From a virus (Duplodnaviria > Heunggongvirae > Uroviricota > Caudoviricetes), in IMG/VR virus record IMGVR_UViG_2703718822_000010: 64,000 nt of DNA; one strand, written 5' to 3'. Within the stretch, counting starts at the first letter, position 1. Each line of letters begins with the position of its first letter. This document shows positions 1 to 10,239 of this stretch, one piece after another. The notes below the pieces were generated by a model, which ran no database searches, was not told the origin of the DNA, and saw only the letters and a list, made by a program, of their open reading frames with translations. The position numbers and the translations under genes were made by a program.

Positions 1-9
1 ACCACTCCC

Positions 10-594
10 TTACGCACTAGCCTTTTTCTGGGTTACATTTAAATGATTAACCTTAGCTTCACATTCTTCATAAATCTCTCTTACAGTATCATCGGGTAAC
101 TCTTGTAGACTCAATGCTAGTGCTCTTTTGACTCCGCTCAATGAGTGCAGTTTTTGAATATCTGTATCAAGCAAAACGGTTAGTAGTTCGGCCCCTTTTC
201 TGATCAATAAGTTGGACAAAATCTCTTGTTCAGATGAAGTTAGCGAGTCCCACGCTCTCATGATGATGGAATCACTATCATCAATTCTTTGTTTTTTTGT
301 TCTTTTTGCTTGTTCAATTGGTTCTTTTTTCATGCTTGGCTCATCACCATAACCATGGACTAGCCACTCCATAGATACATGTTCTCTTTCTGCAATGTTC
401 TGGAGATGGTGCTTTCTTGGTTGTGGTGGCGGCTGATTGTTTCTCCTTTTGTAGTAGTTCTGCAATGTCTGAACGTTTATTCCCCATGCTCTAGCCGCCT
501 CACTTCTCGATTTGTAACGCTCTGCAAGACGAAAAATCCGTTCGATCACTGGTTCTTTTCCTTCGTCGAGAAAAGAACTGTTTTTCATGTTCAT
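10..594 (-). CDS. c: Mu c-type repressor (CI-like HTH)
   Basis: Minus-strand ORF divergent from ner; likely start at the internal MNMKNSS Met (track ORF 10..723 begins further upstream); size about 194 aa as for Mu c. Confidence 0.7.
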   Translation of the reverse strand: MNMKNSSFLDEGKEPVIERIFRLAERYKSRSEAARAWGINVQTLQNYYKRRNNQPPPQPRKHHLQNIAEREHVSMEWLVHGYGDEPSMKKEPIEQAKRTKKQRIDDSDSIIMRAWDSLTSSEQEILSNLLIRKGAELLTVLLDTDIQKLHSLSGVKRALALSLQELPDDTVREIYEECEAKVNHLNVTQKKASA

Positions 595-761
595 GCTCTC
601 AGGTTCCTTTGTATTTATCTTATTGATATTAATAACAAAAACACTACAAAGAATAAAAAGAACAAAATACCTTGATCTGGTTCTTTTGTTTGTTCTATTA
701 TTTACCCGTACAGATATCCGCACGAATATCCGCGCGGGTAACTTTTTAGAATAGAGGAAGT
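595..761. promoter_or_regulatory. Early operator/promoter region between divergent repressor and ner
   Basis: AT-rich 167-bp intergenic region between divergent c and ner, as in Mu O1-O3/Pe/Pc; individual sites not mapped. Confidence 0.5.
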
Positions 762-1010
762 ATGAGTAGAAGAGAAGTTTCAGATCACGATTGGCCGCCT
801 GAAATCATCAAGGCGCGCTTACACATGGCTGGCTTATCACTGCGCTCTTTATCTTTAAAGGCTGGTTACAGCAGGGATTCGCTGAAAAGCGTATTACGTA
901 CTCCTTGCCGACCGTATCAGCAAATAATTGCTGATGCTCTTGGGGTATCGCCTGAAGAAATCTGGCCCAGTCGATACCAGGTTAAGAGCTATATGAGAAA
1001 GGCGTCATGA
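762..1010 (+). CDS. ner: Ner-like DNA-binding protein
   Basis: 82 aa; contains the conserved IWPSRYQ motif of Mu Ner/Nlp; sits immediately upstream of the transposase. Confidence 0.85.
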   Translation: MSRREVSDHDWPPEIIKARLHMAGLSLRSLSLKAGYSRDSLKSVLRTPCRPYQQIIADALGVSPEEIWPSRYQVKSYMRKAS

Positions 1011-1011
1011 T

Positions 1012-3102
1012 ATGTATGTCATTGCAAAAGAACTGATTGGCGCGCCCGGAATGCCTGCTACAACAAAAGGTATTCGCCAGGCATTACAACGTTACGTACA
1101 AGGGAAAAGCTGTTGTTCCCGTCGTCGCTCAGGCTCTAAAGCAACTGAATACAGTATCGACTGTTTACCTGAAGTGACGCAGCAGGCATTACGTGAACGC
1201 TACGCCCTGCAACTGATGACGCAAAAAGCCGATGAATCACCGGCTCCGGTGGTGACAAAGGCCAGACGCTCGCCTGCCGTGGTTGATGCGGTGGAGGCAT
1301 ATCGCGGATCACCACAACTGATGGTTGAACGCCTTAATGCCCTGACTGAAAACCAGCGCCAGGTGGCTGATGCACGAATCGCGATCGTCAGCGAAGTGAT
1401 GAAAGTCGCGCAACAACCCGGTTTCAGCTGTGCGAAAGCTATCCGGTTTATCGTTGACAACCTGGCACGTTCGCAGCTGGACGAGCGCATTGTGGCAATG
1501 GTTGAGACGGCGAACGCCAAAAAGGGAAACAGCCGTGCGTTGAGTGAAATCACGCTGAAACGCTGGATTGCAGCCTTTAACAAGGCGCAGAACGCCGCCG
1601 AACGCCTGCTTTTGCTGGCACCGGGTAAGCGCCAGGAAATAAAAGCCGAAGATATTAACTGGCTGCCCGAATTTCTGGCGCAGTATCGCCAGTCAAACGG
1701 CCGACCAATGACCGAGGCCTACGAGGATTTTGTCGCTGAATGGCAGCACCGGCACGCTGATGAGCCTTATATGCTCGATATCATGCCGTCTTATGACACC
1801 ATTCGCCGCGCAATGAAGAAACTGCCGGAAGTGGTGAAACAAAAAGGCCGGGTGACCGGCAGTGAATATCGCCAGCTTGAGGGATTCACGCGCCGCGACT
1901 GGTCAAAAATGCCGGTGAATTATGTCTGGATTGGTGACGGTCACGGCATGAAGCTGAAATGCAGGCACCCGGTTCACGGGCGGCCATTTGCACCGGAAGT
2001 GACCTTTGTTATCGACGGTGGCACGCGCTTTGTGGTGGGCTGGAGCCTTGACCTGGCTGAAAATGTTTTCGCCGTAGCCGGTGCCATACAGCACGGTATT
2101 CGTAATCACGGCAAACCGTTTCTGTATTACTCGGATAACGGTTCCGGGGAAACCGCCGACATCCTGGATAAGGAAGTTGTGGGGATTCTGCCGCGACTGG
2201 GGATTAATCACCCGACAGGGATTGCCGGTAACCCGCAGGGACGGGGCATTATCGAACGGCTTAACCGCACATTACCGATGCGCATAGCCCGTAAATACCG
2301 CACCTATTTCGGGAAAGGTGCAGATCGCGAGACGTTACGTAAAACCAACCGCGATTTACGCTCGGCATTCAGTGCCCTGCAACAGGGCAAACGGCTGAAC
2401 GCCCGGCAGCAGTCAGCGATGCGTGATTTACCGTCCTGGGCTGAACTGATTGATGCCATTCGTGATGGTGTTGAGTGGTACAACAACCGGCCGCACGATG
2501 AATTACCCATAAAACCGAACGGCAAGCATTACAGCCCGGCGGAGTTCAGAAAAAAACGCCTGGCGGAAGAGGACACGGAAATTGAATGGCTGTCCGATGT
2601 TGAGCTGCGGGATATGTTCCGGCCGATGGTGGAACGCCCTGTAAGACGCTGTGAAATACGCTGGCTGAATAATATTTACTACGCTCCCGAGCTGCGTGAT
2701 GAGCATGGCCGCAAGGTGCTTATCAGCTATGACATTCATGATGCCGAACGAATTACCGTACGTCGCCTGGATGGCAGCGTGATTTGCGAGGCGGTATGGG
2801 GCGGCAATAAACGCGAAGCCTTCCCGGTCAGCGCGGAATACTACAAACAGCAGCAACGCCTTAAAGGCATGCGTAAACGCGCAGAGGAAAAAATCCGTGA
2901 TGCCGAGGATGAGGTGGTCAACGTGCTGGAGCACAAGCAGCAGGAGCCATGGCTGGAAAACATCTATCGCCCTGTGGGTAATGCGGTGATCGTTCAGCAA
3001 CCGGTCGCTGACGATGAACCTGATGAAGAATACGAGCGTAATTTCCAGCGGGGATTGCAGTTGCTGGAAGCGAAATTAAAAGAAAATGACCCGCTGGCCT
3101 GA
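1012..3102 (+). CDS. MuA-like DDE transposase
   Basis: 696 aa directly after ner; WIGDGHG and YSDNGSGETA blocks resemble the Mu A catalytic DDE region; distant from Mu A itself. Confidence 0.8.
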   Translation: MYVIAKELIGAPGMPATTKGIRQALQRYVQGKSCCSRRRSGSKATEYSIDCLPEVTQQALRERYALQLMTQKADESPAPVVTKARRSPAVVDAVEAYRGSPQLMVERLNALTENQRQVADARIAIVSEVMKVAQQPGFSCAKAIRFIVDNLARSQLDERIVAMVETANAKKGNSRALSEITLKRWIAAFNKAQNAAERLLLLAPGKRQEIKAEDINWLPEFLAQYRQSNGRPMTEAYEDFVAEWQHRHADEPYMLDIMPSYDTIRRAMKKLPEVVKQKGRVTGSEYRQLEGFTRRDWSKMPVNYVWIGDGHGMKLKCRHPVHGRPFAPEVTFVIDGGTRFVVGWSLDLAENVFAVAGAIQHGIRNHGKPFLYYSDNGSGETADILDKEVVGILPRLGINHPTGIAGNPQGRGIIERLNRTLPMRIARKYRTYFGKGADRETLRKTNRDLRSAFSALQQGKRLNARQQSAMRDLPSWAELIDAIRDGVEWYNNRPHDELPIKPNGKHYSPAEFRKKRLAEEDTEIEWLSDVELRDMFRPMVERPVRRCEIRWLNNIYYAPELRDEHGRKVLISYDIHDAERITVRRLDGSVICEAVWGGNKREAFPVSAEYYKQQQRLKGMRKRAEEKIRDAEDEVVNVLEHKQQEPWLENIYRPVGNAVIVQQPVADDEPDEEYERNFQRGLQLLEAKLKENDPLA

Positions 3103-3173
3103 AATAAAAAAATAACCCGAGCGGCGACTCAGGTTATTTGATTAAACAAGGTATCAAATGAGAGGTTAATAAT

Positions 3174-4106
3174 ATGACTGATATTAACGATGTAATCAAG
3201 ACCATTGATGAACTTATTGATGGCGGCGTACTGACGCAGTATGCCATCGCCAGAGAGGCGGGAATTTCCGACGGCACATTATCGGCTTTCCGTAAGGGAA
3301 AATATAAAGGCGATAACGCTGCTGTGGCTGCTTCCCTGCGTTCCTGGTATGAGAACTGGAATAAACAAAGCGCACTGCCGGAACCGCCGCAGTTTGTGGA
3401 AACGCAGACAGTCCAGGAGCTGCGCGCACTGTTTCAGGCGGTTCGTCTGATGGGCTGTATTAACGTTATTGTGGGCGTACCGGGTGTGGGTAAAACGGCC
3501 ACTGCCCGTAATTACTGCCAGGAGCAACCAAACACCTGGATGATCACCCTGTCACCCGCGCACTCCAGCGTCACGGAGTGTCTGCTGGAGCTGGCCGATG
3601 CGCTGGGGATTGATTACACCCGCGCGAACAAAGGGGCATTATCCCGCGCCATCCGCCGTCGCCTGATGGGAACGCGTGGACTGGTGATTGTGGATGAGGC
3701 GGATCATCTTGGTATTGACGGTCTGGAGCAACTCCGGGCAATTCAGGACGCCACGGGGATCGGGATGGTGCTTATTGGTAACCCGCGCGGATTGTTTAAA
3801 GGTGGACGCCGCGCCTTTGATGATTTATCGCGCCTGTTCAGCCGTCTTGCCCGTACAAAACAACTTCGCAAGGCCAAAAAGGCGGATGTGCTGGCCATTG
3901 CCAGGGCATGGGGTATCAGTGGTGAGGCCGAGCTGGCCGTCATGCAGGCTATCGCTGAAAAGCCGGGAGCGTTACGCGTTCTGACACATACGCTTAACCA
4001 GGCGTGGCTCACCGCCAGCGGTGAAGGTGCGGCGCTGACAGAAAAACATATTAATGCGGCCTTTAAAGAGGTTTATACCAACCCTGAATTACTCTCACAG
4101 GTGTGA
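3174..4106 (+). CDS. MuB-like transposition ATPase
   Basis: 310 aa with Walker A GVPGVGKT; follows the transposase as in Mu. Confidence 0.8.
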   Translation: MTDINDVIKTIDELIDGGVLTQYAIAREAGISDGTLSAFRKGKYKGDNAAVAASLRSWYENWNKQSALPEPPQFVETQTVQELRALFQAVRLMGCINVIVGVPGVGKTATARNYCQEQPNTWMITLSPAHSSVTECLLELADALGIDYTRANKGALSRAIRRRLMGTRGLVIVDEADHLGIDGLEQLRAIQDATGIGMVLIGNPRGLFKGGRRAFDDLSRLFSRLARTKQLRKAKKADVLAIARAWGISGEAELAVMQAIAEKPGALRVLTHTLNQAWLTASGEGAALTEKHINAAFKEVYTNPELLSQV

Positions 4107-4330
4107 TTATGGCGGTATTTTATATTCCTGATATTTACGGACGCTTTTACCTGGTTAATTTCGATAACGTGAAGGTGATTTCACTGGCCGAAAATAAAGA
4201 ATGTGGCGATTTACTTTTTGAATTTAATGACCGCACACGAATGGTGATATCTGCCGGACTTGATCGCGAAGGTGCGACAGAAGTTTACAGCGGAATATGC
4301 CGTTCTGTTGGTGCGAAACAAGTCAGCTAA
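4103..4330 (+). CDS. Small early protein (Mu kil position)
   Basis: 75-aa ORF with start overlapping the MuB-like stop; function unknown. Confidence 0.4.
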   Translation: MIMAVFYIPDIYGRFYLVNFDNVKVISLAENKECGDLLFEFNDRTRMVISAGLDREGATEVYSGICRSVGAKQVS

Positions 4331-4342
4331 ATGAGGTGTTAT

Positions 4343-4597
4343 ATGAATATGCAATCCTGCGGTAACAAAATGAATTTATTCGACTCCCTGAACAGCGCGC
4401 GCCGTCTGACCGAACTTGCCGGTGCGGTACTGGAACGCAGTAAGCGCTACCCACAACGTTTTGCACTGAAAACCACGCCGCCGGTAGGCAACGTGCAGGG
4501 AACCGGTGAAATTGAAATCACCATACAGACCAACGGCCTGCGCCGCCGTGTGAAGGCCACCCGCATCAGCGGCTGCACGGTTTACTGGGAGGTGTGA
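4343..4597 (+). CDS. Hypothetical early protein
   Basis: ORF 4331..4597; internal ATG at 4343 has a GAGGTG Shine-Dalgarno upstream. Confidence 0.4.
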   Translation: MNMQSCGNKMNLFDSLNSARRLTELAGAVLERSKRYPQRFALKTTPPVGNVQGTGEIEITIQTNGLRRRVKATRISGCTVYWEV

Positions 4598-4598
4598 G

Positions 4599-4880
4599 GT
4601 GAAAAAAAATCTCATTGCATGGGCGTGGTCGAGTGGTCTTATTGAGTTTGGTTACGTCCTGCCGGAAGGTGCATTGCCGATAGTTGCCGGAAAGCCTGCC
4701 ACGGTACGGCATGTGATTGAGGTTATGGCGCGTCATGGACGTGATGAACAGGAGCAGTTACTGGTTCCGGGGATACCGGAAGCGGTGACGGAGGAAGAAG
4801 CCTTTAATGCCATGATTCGGTTCTGCCGTGAGGTCAGACGCCGGGTCAGTTATCCAAACAGAACGAGGACCAGAGGATGA
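4599..4880 (+). CDS. Hypothetical early protein
   Basis: 93-aa ORF tightly packed in the co-directional early operon. Confidence 0.4.
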   Translation: MKKNLIAWAWSSGLIEFGYVLPEGALPIVAGKPATVRHVIEVMARHGRDEQEQLLVPGIPEAVTEEEAFNAMIRFCREVRRRVSYPNRTRTRG

Positions 4881-5149
4881 GTAAAGTCGTACGCATTATT
4901 TTCGAATACAAGGAGCACGTTATCCATAAAAACGCTGATGGAACAGTGCGCATGGGGGTAAGTCTGGACATACGTTCAACCGGGATAAAGCAGAAAGGTG
5001 ATGGACCCGCCATGATTTTTGGAGTGGTTATGCTCGCGGAAAGCAGAGACTTTGCTGAACTTGTGGCAATGAAAGCCAGAGCGCTCATGAAAGATATGAA
5101 CATGAGTTCCGGGGTTATTAAAGGTAATGAATTTAATCAGCAGGGGTAA
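4877..5149 (+). CDS. Hypothetical early protein (paralogue of the next ORF)
   Basis: 90 aa; N-terminus MSKVVRIIFEYKEH matches the next ORF's MSKVRVIFEFEH. Confidence 0.45.
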   Translation: MSKVVRIIFEYKEHVIHKNADGTVRMGVSLDIRSTGIKQKGDGPAMIFGVVMLAESRDFAELVAMKARALMKDMNMSSGVIKGNEFNQQG

Positions 5150-5153
5150 TTCC

Positions 5154-5447
5154 ATGAGCAAAGTACGCGTTATTTTTGAATTTGAGCATGTTTCGCATGA
5201 CGAAAAACCGGCAGGCAATGACAGTGTTGAAGTGCATGAAAAGATTGGAGTGGATGTGAAAACAGAACGTGATACGGATAACAGGCCGACGTCACTCTGT
5301 GACGTTTATGCAAGCATTCTCCAGTATCACAGTCCTGTAATTATTCAGTTTCTCTCAGCGGAATTTCAGGCATCTGTACAGGCTTTTGGGGCGGATGCCA
5401 TCATTAAACGCCACCGCGTGCATAAAGCATCAGGCACACTGCAATAA
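5154..5447 (+). CDS. Hypothetical early protein (paralogue of the previous ORF)
   Basis: Internal start of track ORF 5127..5447; tandem paralogue. Confidence 0.45.
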   Translation: MSKVRVIFEFEHVSHDEKPAGNDSVEVHEKIGVDVKTERDTDNRPTSLCDVYASILQYHSPVIIQFLSAEFQASVQAFGADAIIKRHRVHKASGTLQ

Positions 5448-5458
5448 GGAAAAACAAA

Positions 5459-5989
5459 ATGGCTAAACGTGTTACAAAATTAAAGGCCGCAGCCGAGGCT
5501 GCACCGCAGACCCGCGAAGAAGTCAGCCGCGATATCCGCACCCTGGGCGATATTCAGCGAGAGGCGCTGCGGCTGGAAACGGCGATGAATGATGAAGTGG
5601 CAGAAATCACCGCCCGTTATACGCCGCAAATTGAAAACCTTAAAAAAGAAATCAAAGTGCTTTTTAAGGGGATTCAGGACTGGTGCAAAACCAACCGCGA
5701 TGAGCTGACGAACGGCGGCAAAACCAAAACAGCCAATCTGACCACCGGAACGGTGTCATGGCGACTGGGGAATCCATCATGCAGCGTCAGTCGTGATGTG
5801 GAAGGTGTGATTGAAATGCTGCGCCGTATGGGCCTTGAGCGTTTTATCCGCACGAAAGAGGAAGTGAACAAGGAAGCGGTCCTGGCGGAGCCGGATGCGG
5901 TGAAAGGGATTGCCGGTATTAAGGTGAATAAAGGCGCTGAAAGTTTTTATGTCGAGCCTTTTGAACAGGACGCCGGACTGAATAAATAA
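5459..5989 (+). CDS. gam: Gam host-nuclease inhibitor (Ku-like DNA-end binding)
   Basis: 176 aa; LGDIQREALRLETAMNDEVAEIT, CKTNRDELTNGGKTKTANL and LERFIRTKEEVNKEAVL match Mu Gam as recalled. Confidence 0.85.
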   Translation: MAKRVTKLKAAAEAAPQTREEVSRDIRTLGDIQREALRLETAMNDEVAEITARYTPQIENLKKEIKVLFKGIQDWCKTNRDELTNGGKTKTANLTTGTVSWRLGNPSCSVSRDVEGVIEMLRRMGLERFIRTKEEVNKEAVLAEPDAVKGIAGIKVNKGAESFYVEPFEQDAGLNK

Positions 5990-6086
5990 CACCGCATTAA
6001 TCAATTAAATATCACTTCGTTTTAATTATGGCGCTCGCGTCAGGGGACTGCCTGCGCCTGTAAACTGAAAATAAGGAACAGGATAT

Positions 6087-6629
6087 ATGGCATATTTTTA
6101 TTTCAAATTAGACCGTGTGCAGACAAATAAATATTTCACCAAATATCAACAGACTGTTTTACCGCTACGCAACAGTATTCTTCGGGCATTACTGAAAAAT
6201 ACAGGCGCTGCCGGATTGCGCTTAAAGCCGTTTGCCATGGACGTAATCAGTGAGTTTTATTTTTCTGGTGCTCTGCCTGCGGGCTGGCGTAAGCGCGATG
6301 ATGTGGCTTTTATCGGGGACGGACCGTGCTTTATTGCCAGACCTGATGAGTCATGCCCTGAAGGTCCGGCGATTGCCGCAATGATTGAAACCGCTGAACG
6401 TGAGTTAAGAAAGCGTCCTGATTTCCTTGTCTGGCTCTGTGAAAAGCTGGGGGTAATGAGAATCCCCTCCATGTTTAACACGGACTCCTGGTGGACCCCG
6501 TCGCTCTCCCGTGATGCCCTGTGCGTGGTGTTTAAAGTAGGCGCTTATGGCAGGGAAATAAAAGGGTGTATTCCTGAAGAATGCCAGGAAATTAAACATT
6601 CTGAATATGTGGCGCTGACGGAGGAATAA
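6087..6629 (+). CDS. Hypothetical early protein
   Basis: 180-aa ORF in the early operon. Confidence 0.4.
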   Translation: MAYFYFKLDRVQTNKYFTKYQQTVLPLRNSILRALLKNTGAAGLRLKPFAMDVISEFYFSGALPAGWRKRDDVAFIGDGPCFIARPDESCPEGPAIAAMIETAERELRKRPDFLVWLCEKLGVMRIPSMFNTDSWWTPSLSRDALCVVFKVGAYGREIKGCIPEECQEIKHSEYVALTEE

Positions 6630-6632
6630 TTC

Positions 6633-7166
6633 ATGATTGATGCAAAAGTGCTTGAAGGGGTTAAAAACTGGCTGAGTATTTACGGGCGTCTGACCTGCGG
6701 CATTCTGGCTGAAAAAATGAATATGCCGCCATCCTCGATGGTTTATTTTCTGCGTGATGCGGTCGATGCCGGGGTGCTGACGGAATGTAACGGTTTTTAT
6801 GATATTCCGCGTCCCCGCCCGGTGCAGCCGGTTCGTCGCAAATGCAGCCAGGAAGGTGCGGCTGATGATGTTCAGTGGTGCAGCTTCAGAAAATCCCTGC
6901 CGTGGATTGAGGGGCATGATATTCCGTCGATGGCGTGGGAATTTGCTCAGGGCGTACTGACCTGCGAAACCGTTTATGTGGTGGCTGAAGTTGATGAGCA
7001 GGCCATGAAAGAAGGCGTGCCCCAGTTTGTGATGGCGTATATCGACATTCGCCTGGGTGTCATTATCTGCGGTTTAAGCGGCTGGAATATCACCGAACAT
7101 GTTCTGCGTTACCTGATTGTTGACCGGACGGCTGCGCCTGCCGGGATATCTGCGGAGGTGGCGTAA
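6633..7166 (+). CDS. Hypothetical early protein
   Basis: 177-aa ORF in the early operon. Confidence 0.4.
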   Translation: MIDAKVLEGVKNWLSIYGRLTCGILAEKMNMPPSSMVYFLRDAVDAGVLTECNGFYDIPRPRPVQPVRRKCSQEGAADDVQWCSFRKSLPWIEGHDIPSMAWEFAQGVLTCETVYVVAEVDEQAMKEGVPQFVMAYIDIRLGVIICGLSGWNITEHVLRYLIVDRTAAPAGISAEVA

Positions 7167-7681
7167 TGTTCTTTAAAACATCAAACCCTTCCGCGCTGGC
7201 TGCGTGGCAAAAATACCAGCAGGACTACAAGAAAGTTAAGGATGAGGCAAAACGTCTTGAGGCCGTGCTGAATGTTGATTGTCGGTCGGTATTTGTATCC
7301 GGTATCAATGGTTTTTATTTTAAAGGACTGCGTTTTACGGATAACAAATATCCTTTTCATCGCGACTTATGGCGAAAACCGACTGCGTCGAATGGCTGGA
7401 GCTGCACGCCGCGCACATCGTGTATTCCCAAAGCCCTGTGCGCTGCCTCTGACGAACTTAACAGTCTGTGGCGTGAATATTCGCCCGTCACGTATGCCAG
7501 AACCGATGCCCTGTTGTTCTGGCTGGGTATTGATTTCTCGGCAATCCTGTTTGGCCCTGTGGAGTGGTTCTGCGTTGACGATGTGATTTACCTTCAGTGC
7601 GGCGTAAAACCCGCAAAACAGAAAATGACCGAAATTCTGTCTGATGAGTTTTATGCTGCTGAAAAGCGAGTCAGGGGGTGA
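7166..7681 (+). CDS. Hypothetical early protein
   Basis: 171-aa ORF; start overlaps the upstream stop. Confidence 0.4.
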   Translation: MFFKTSNPSALAAWQKYQQDYKKVKDEAKRLEAVLNVDCRSVFVSGINGFYFKGLRFTDNKYPFHRDLWRKPTASNGWSCTPRTSCIPKALCAASDELNSLWREYSPVTYARTDALLFWLGIDFSAILFGPVEWFCVDDVIYLQCGVKPAKQKMTEILSDEFYAAEKRVRG

Positions 7682-7684
7682 TGT

Positions 7685-8236
7685 ATGATGATTTTACAAC
7701 CCATGGGGCGAAAAGGCCGTGCACCCGCTCATGTCCGTGCGTGGACACCTGAAGAAGATGCACTGCTGATTGCGCTTTATCCATCCACCCCGGTTAAGGA
7801 TATTGCTGTCAGGGTAAAAAGAAGTTTCTGGGGTGTACATAACCGGATTGTTTTATTACGCGGTACTTACCCGGAGTTGCTCAAATGCAAACGTCCAAGA
7901 TTTAAACATGATGAAGATAAATTTATCCGAAAAAATGCCAGAACGATGACCGGTAAGCAAATAGGAGAATATCTGGGGCGAGACCGGGATTCTGTCCACA
8001 AACGGGCGCGATATATTGGCGTAAGCATGAAAAAATACGGAGAGTTGCTGCCCTTCACCCGTATACCTGATGATGATGTTCATCTTATTCGTGAATTACG
8101 GGATGCTGAATCACCACGACGTCTTACCTTCCGGGAAATAGGCGAGAAATTTGAATTATCCGAGAGTACGGTGAATTTTATTTATCACCATCGCCGGACT
8201 GCCGAAGATGTTGTATTACGGGAGTTAATGCCATGA
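7685..8236 (+). CDS. Hypothetical early protein, possible DNA-binding
   Basis: 183-aa basic protein with two internally repeated HTH-like segments. Confidence 0.35.
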   Translation: MMILQPMGRKGRAPAHVRAWTPEEDALLIALYPSTPVKDIAVRVKRSFWGVHNRIVLLRGTYPELLKCKRPRFKHDEDKFIRKNARTMTGKQIGEYLGRDRDSVHKRARYIGVSMKKYGELLPFTRIPDDDVHLIRELRDAESPRRLTFREIGEKFELSESTVNFIYHHRRTAEDVVLRELMP

Positions 8237-8544
8237 TAACGACATTATTTGTTGAATCAGACGAGCCTCTGGTATGTGTCGCCGGAATGTCGGTTTGTGG
8301 CGGAACGCTGACCGGTGTTTATTTCGGGGATTTGCGCGGTTATCCCTGGCATTCACTGGATGACGCATTTCCGCCTGATATGGAGGCTGTCGTGCTGATT
8401 GTTCAGTATGGTGACCAACAGGAACTGCGCATCGGCCATATGGGGTATGAAGGCTTTTTTATTGATGAAGAAACCGGAGCCTGCCTTGAAGATGAGGACG
8501 GACAGGTGACGCACTGGTGCCATATTTCAGCTTTACCGGAATGA
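8233..8544 (+). CDS. Hypothetical early protein
   Basis: 103-aa ORF overlapping the upstream stop. Confidence 0.4.
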   Translation: MITTLFVESDEPLVCVAGMSVCGGTLTGVYFGDLRGYPWHSLDDAFPPDMEAVVLIVQYGDQQELRIGHMGYEGFFIDEETGACLEDEDGQVTHWCHISALPE

Positions 8545-8909
8545 CGGGAGGTGAATGCGTGAGAAGTTATATTGATAATGAAAAACTGAAGACAATCAGC
8601 GACTGTCTTAGCTTGCTGGCAAAAATAAAAGAAACCATTGAAGAGATTAAATTTCAGCTTGAATACGAACCCTGTGGCGATGATACATGGCGTAACTCTG
8701 CCAGAAAAGCACTAGCTGTCTTTCAGAAACAACGCCGGACTGTTGAATACCGCCTTGCTGTATTGCGCCAGGAGGAAAAGGAAAGAAATATAAGACGTCA
8801 TGAACTCGTTAATGATTTTCTTGTTCGTGAATTAAAGGAGCGTGTGCCGGAGTCGGTATTTTTTGAGTGTGAGGCTGTTGCCCGTAGCAAAGCACTGGAA
8901 ACTGATTAA
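8541..8909 (+). CDS. Hypothetical early protein
   Basis: ATGA start/stop overlap with the upstream gene; coiled-coil-like. Confidence 0.4.
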   Translation: MTGGECVRSYIDNEKLKTISDCLSLLAKIKETIEEIKFQLEYEPCGDDTWRNSARKALAVFQKQRRTVEYRLAVLRQEEKERNIRRHELVNDFLVRELKERVPESVFFECEAVARSKALETD

Positions 8910-8921
8910 ACAGGCAGGTGA

Positions 8922-9257
8922 ATGATGAGTATTGAATTAAGATCGTCTTATGAATATCGTAAAATTCTCATCGCCGGAGGCATGAAACCGGAAGATGCAG
9001 AAAAAATCGTTTCTTTTATGGATAAAGAATGTGACAAACGGGATATGCCAGAAATTATTATGGATGACATGATTCTGCATTCAGCCGTAGCGTTAAGCCC
9101 GTTATGGATTGTGCATTCTCTTGCTGAAATTGCCAAAGGCACCGATAAACAGGCAGCTGTTGCTGCCCTTCAGACGCTTAATGAAATGCGTATATCTCCA
9201 CGCCCGACATTAATACATATGATTCTGTCCAGCATGGAGGATAAAGCAAATGAATAG
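8922..9257 (+). CDS. Hypothetical early protein
   Basis: 111-aa ORF. Confidence 0.4.
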   Translation: MMSIELRSSYEYRKILIAGGMKPEDAEKIVSFMDKECDKRDMPEIIMDDMILHSAVALSPLWIVHSLAEIAKGTDKQAAVAALQTLNEMRISPRPTLIHMILSSMEDKANE

Positions 9258-9447
9258 TCTACCCGCTGGATGGGCGCGGCCACTAATGGCCAGGAAGCAT
9301 CATTTTTTTAAAACAGGCGAAAATATCAGTATATGTGGACGGTGGTTATATCTGGCTCATAATCGCGAGCCGGATACATTTGAAAGCCCTGATGACTGTG
9401 CCGAATGCCGCAGAAGAGTGAATAAGGAGAAAGATAATGGACAATAG
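9250..9447 (+). CDS. Hypothetical small protein
   Basis: 65 aa with a CxxC pair near the C-terminus. Confidence 0.3.
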   Translation: MNSLPAGWARPLMARKHHFFKTGENISICGRWLYLAHNREPDTFESPDDCAECRRRVNKEKDNGQ

Positions 9448-9733
9448 TTCTCTGTTGTTCTGGTGCTTATATATCACATCCTTTTTCGGCGCATTTGTTA
9501 TTACCCGGTGGTTATGTCGAAAAATCATCTGCTTTTTTGATAAAAGACATCCGGTTGAACGGGCGGCTGATGCGCTCATTCAGCAGGCCATTGTGTTATA
9601 TAGCGGTGAATTTTTCTGCCGGATAACAACCAGAGATGGCTGGCACATAATGATTATTCCACCAACACACCATGCCCGGTGGGATGAGGCAGAAAAGGCT
9701 TTCCATGTCCGTAAAAAGGTAAATACGGTATGA
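9437..9733 (+). CDS. Hypothetical small membrane protein
   Basis: 98 aa with a hydrophobic N-terminal segment. Confidence 0.35.
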   Translation: MDNSSLLFWCLYITSFFGAFVITRWLCRKIICFFDKRHPVERAADALIQQAIVLYSGEFFCRITTRDGWHIMIIPPTHHARWDEAEKAFHVRKKVNTV

Positions 9734-10239
9734 GAGGAAAACTGATATCCGCCATTCATGTGGCAAAGCGCGAGCTTGCCCTGGATGATGAGACTTATAC
9801 ATCCGCGCTGCTGGCAGCCACCGGCAAAACCAGCTGCCGGGATATGTCACCGGATGAGTTATCCCGCGTGCTGGATGTTTTCAAAAAACGCGGTTTTAAA
9901 GTGCGTCAGAACCCGGTTAACCGGGCCTTAAAACCGGGTACGGTGACCGCCAAAATTCGCGCCATCTGGAAGGTGATGCTCCGGCAGGGCTTTATCACCG
10001 ATGGTGCGGAAACCGCCCTTAACCGCTGGGTGAAATCGCAGACGGCCGCGCAGAACGGCGGCGAAGGTGTGGCAAACTGGCAGTGGCTGGAGCAACACCC
10101 CGCCCTGGCCTCAGATGTGCTGGAGCGTCTCAAGCGATGGCACCGCCGCAAAATGCTGGCCGCGATGGGAATGCCCGAACGCACGCTGATGGGGTATGAC
10201 GCCGTTTGCAGGCAGTATGAAAAATCACTTCCCCGTTAA
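9730..10239 (+). CDS. GemA-like (Mu gp16) regulatory protein
   Basis: 169 aa; position just before the Mor/C-family activator; N-terminus typical of Mu GemA. Confidence 0.7.
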   Translation: MRGKLISAIHVAKRELALDDETYTSALLAATGKTSCRDMSPDELSRVLDVFKKRGFKVRQNPVNRALKPGTVTAKIRAIWKVMLRQGFITDGAETALNRWVKSQTAAQNGGEGVANWQWLEQHPALASDVLERLKRWHRRKMLAAMGMPERTLMGYDAVCRQYEKSLPR

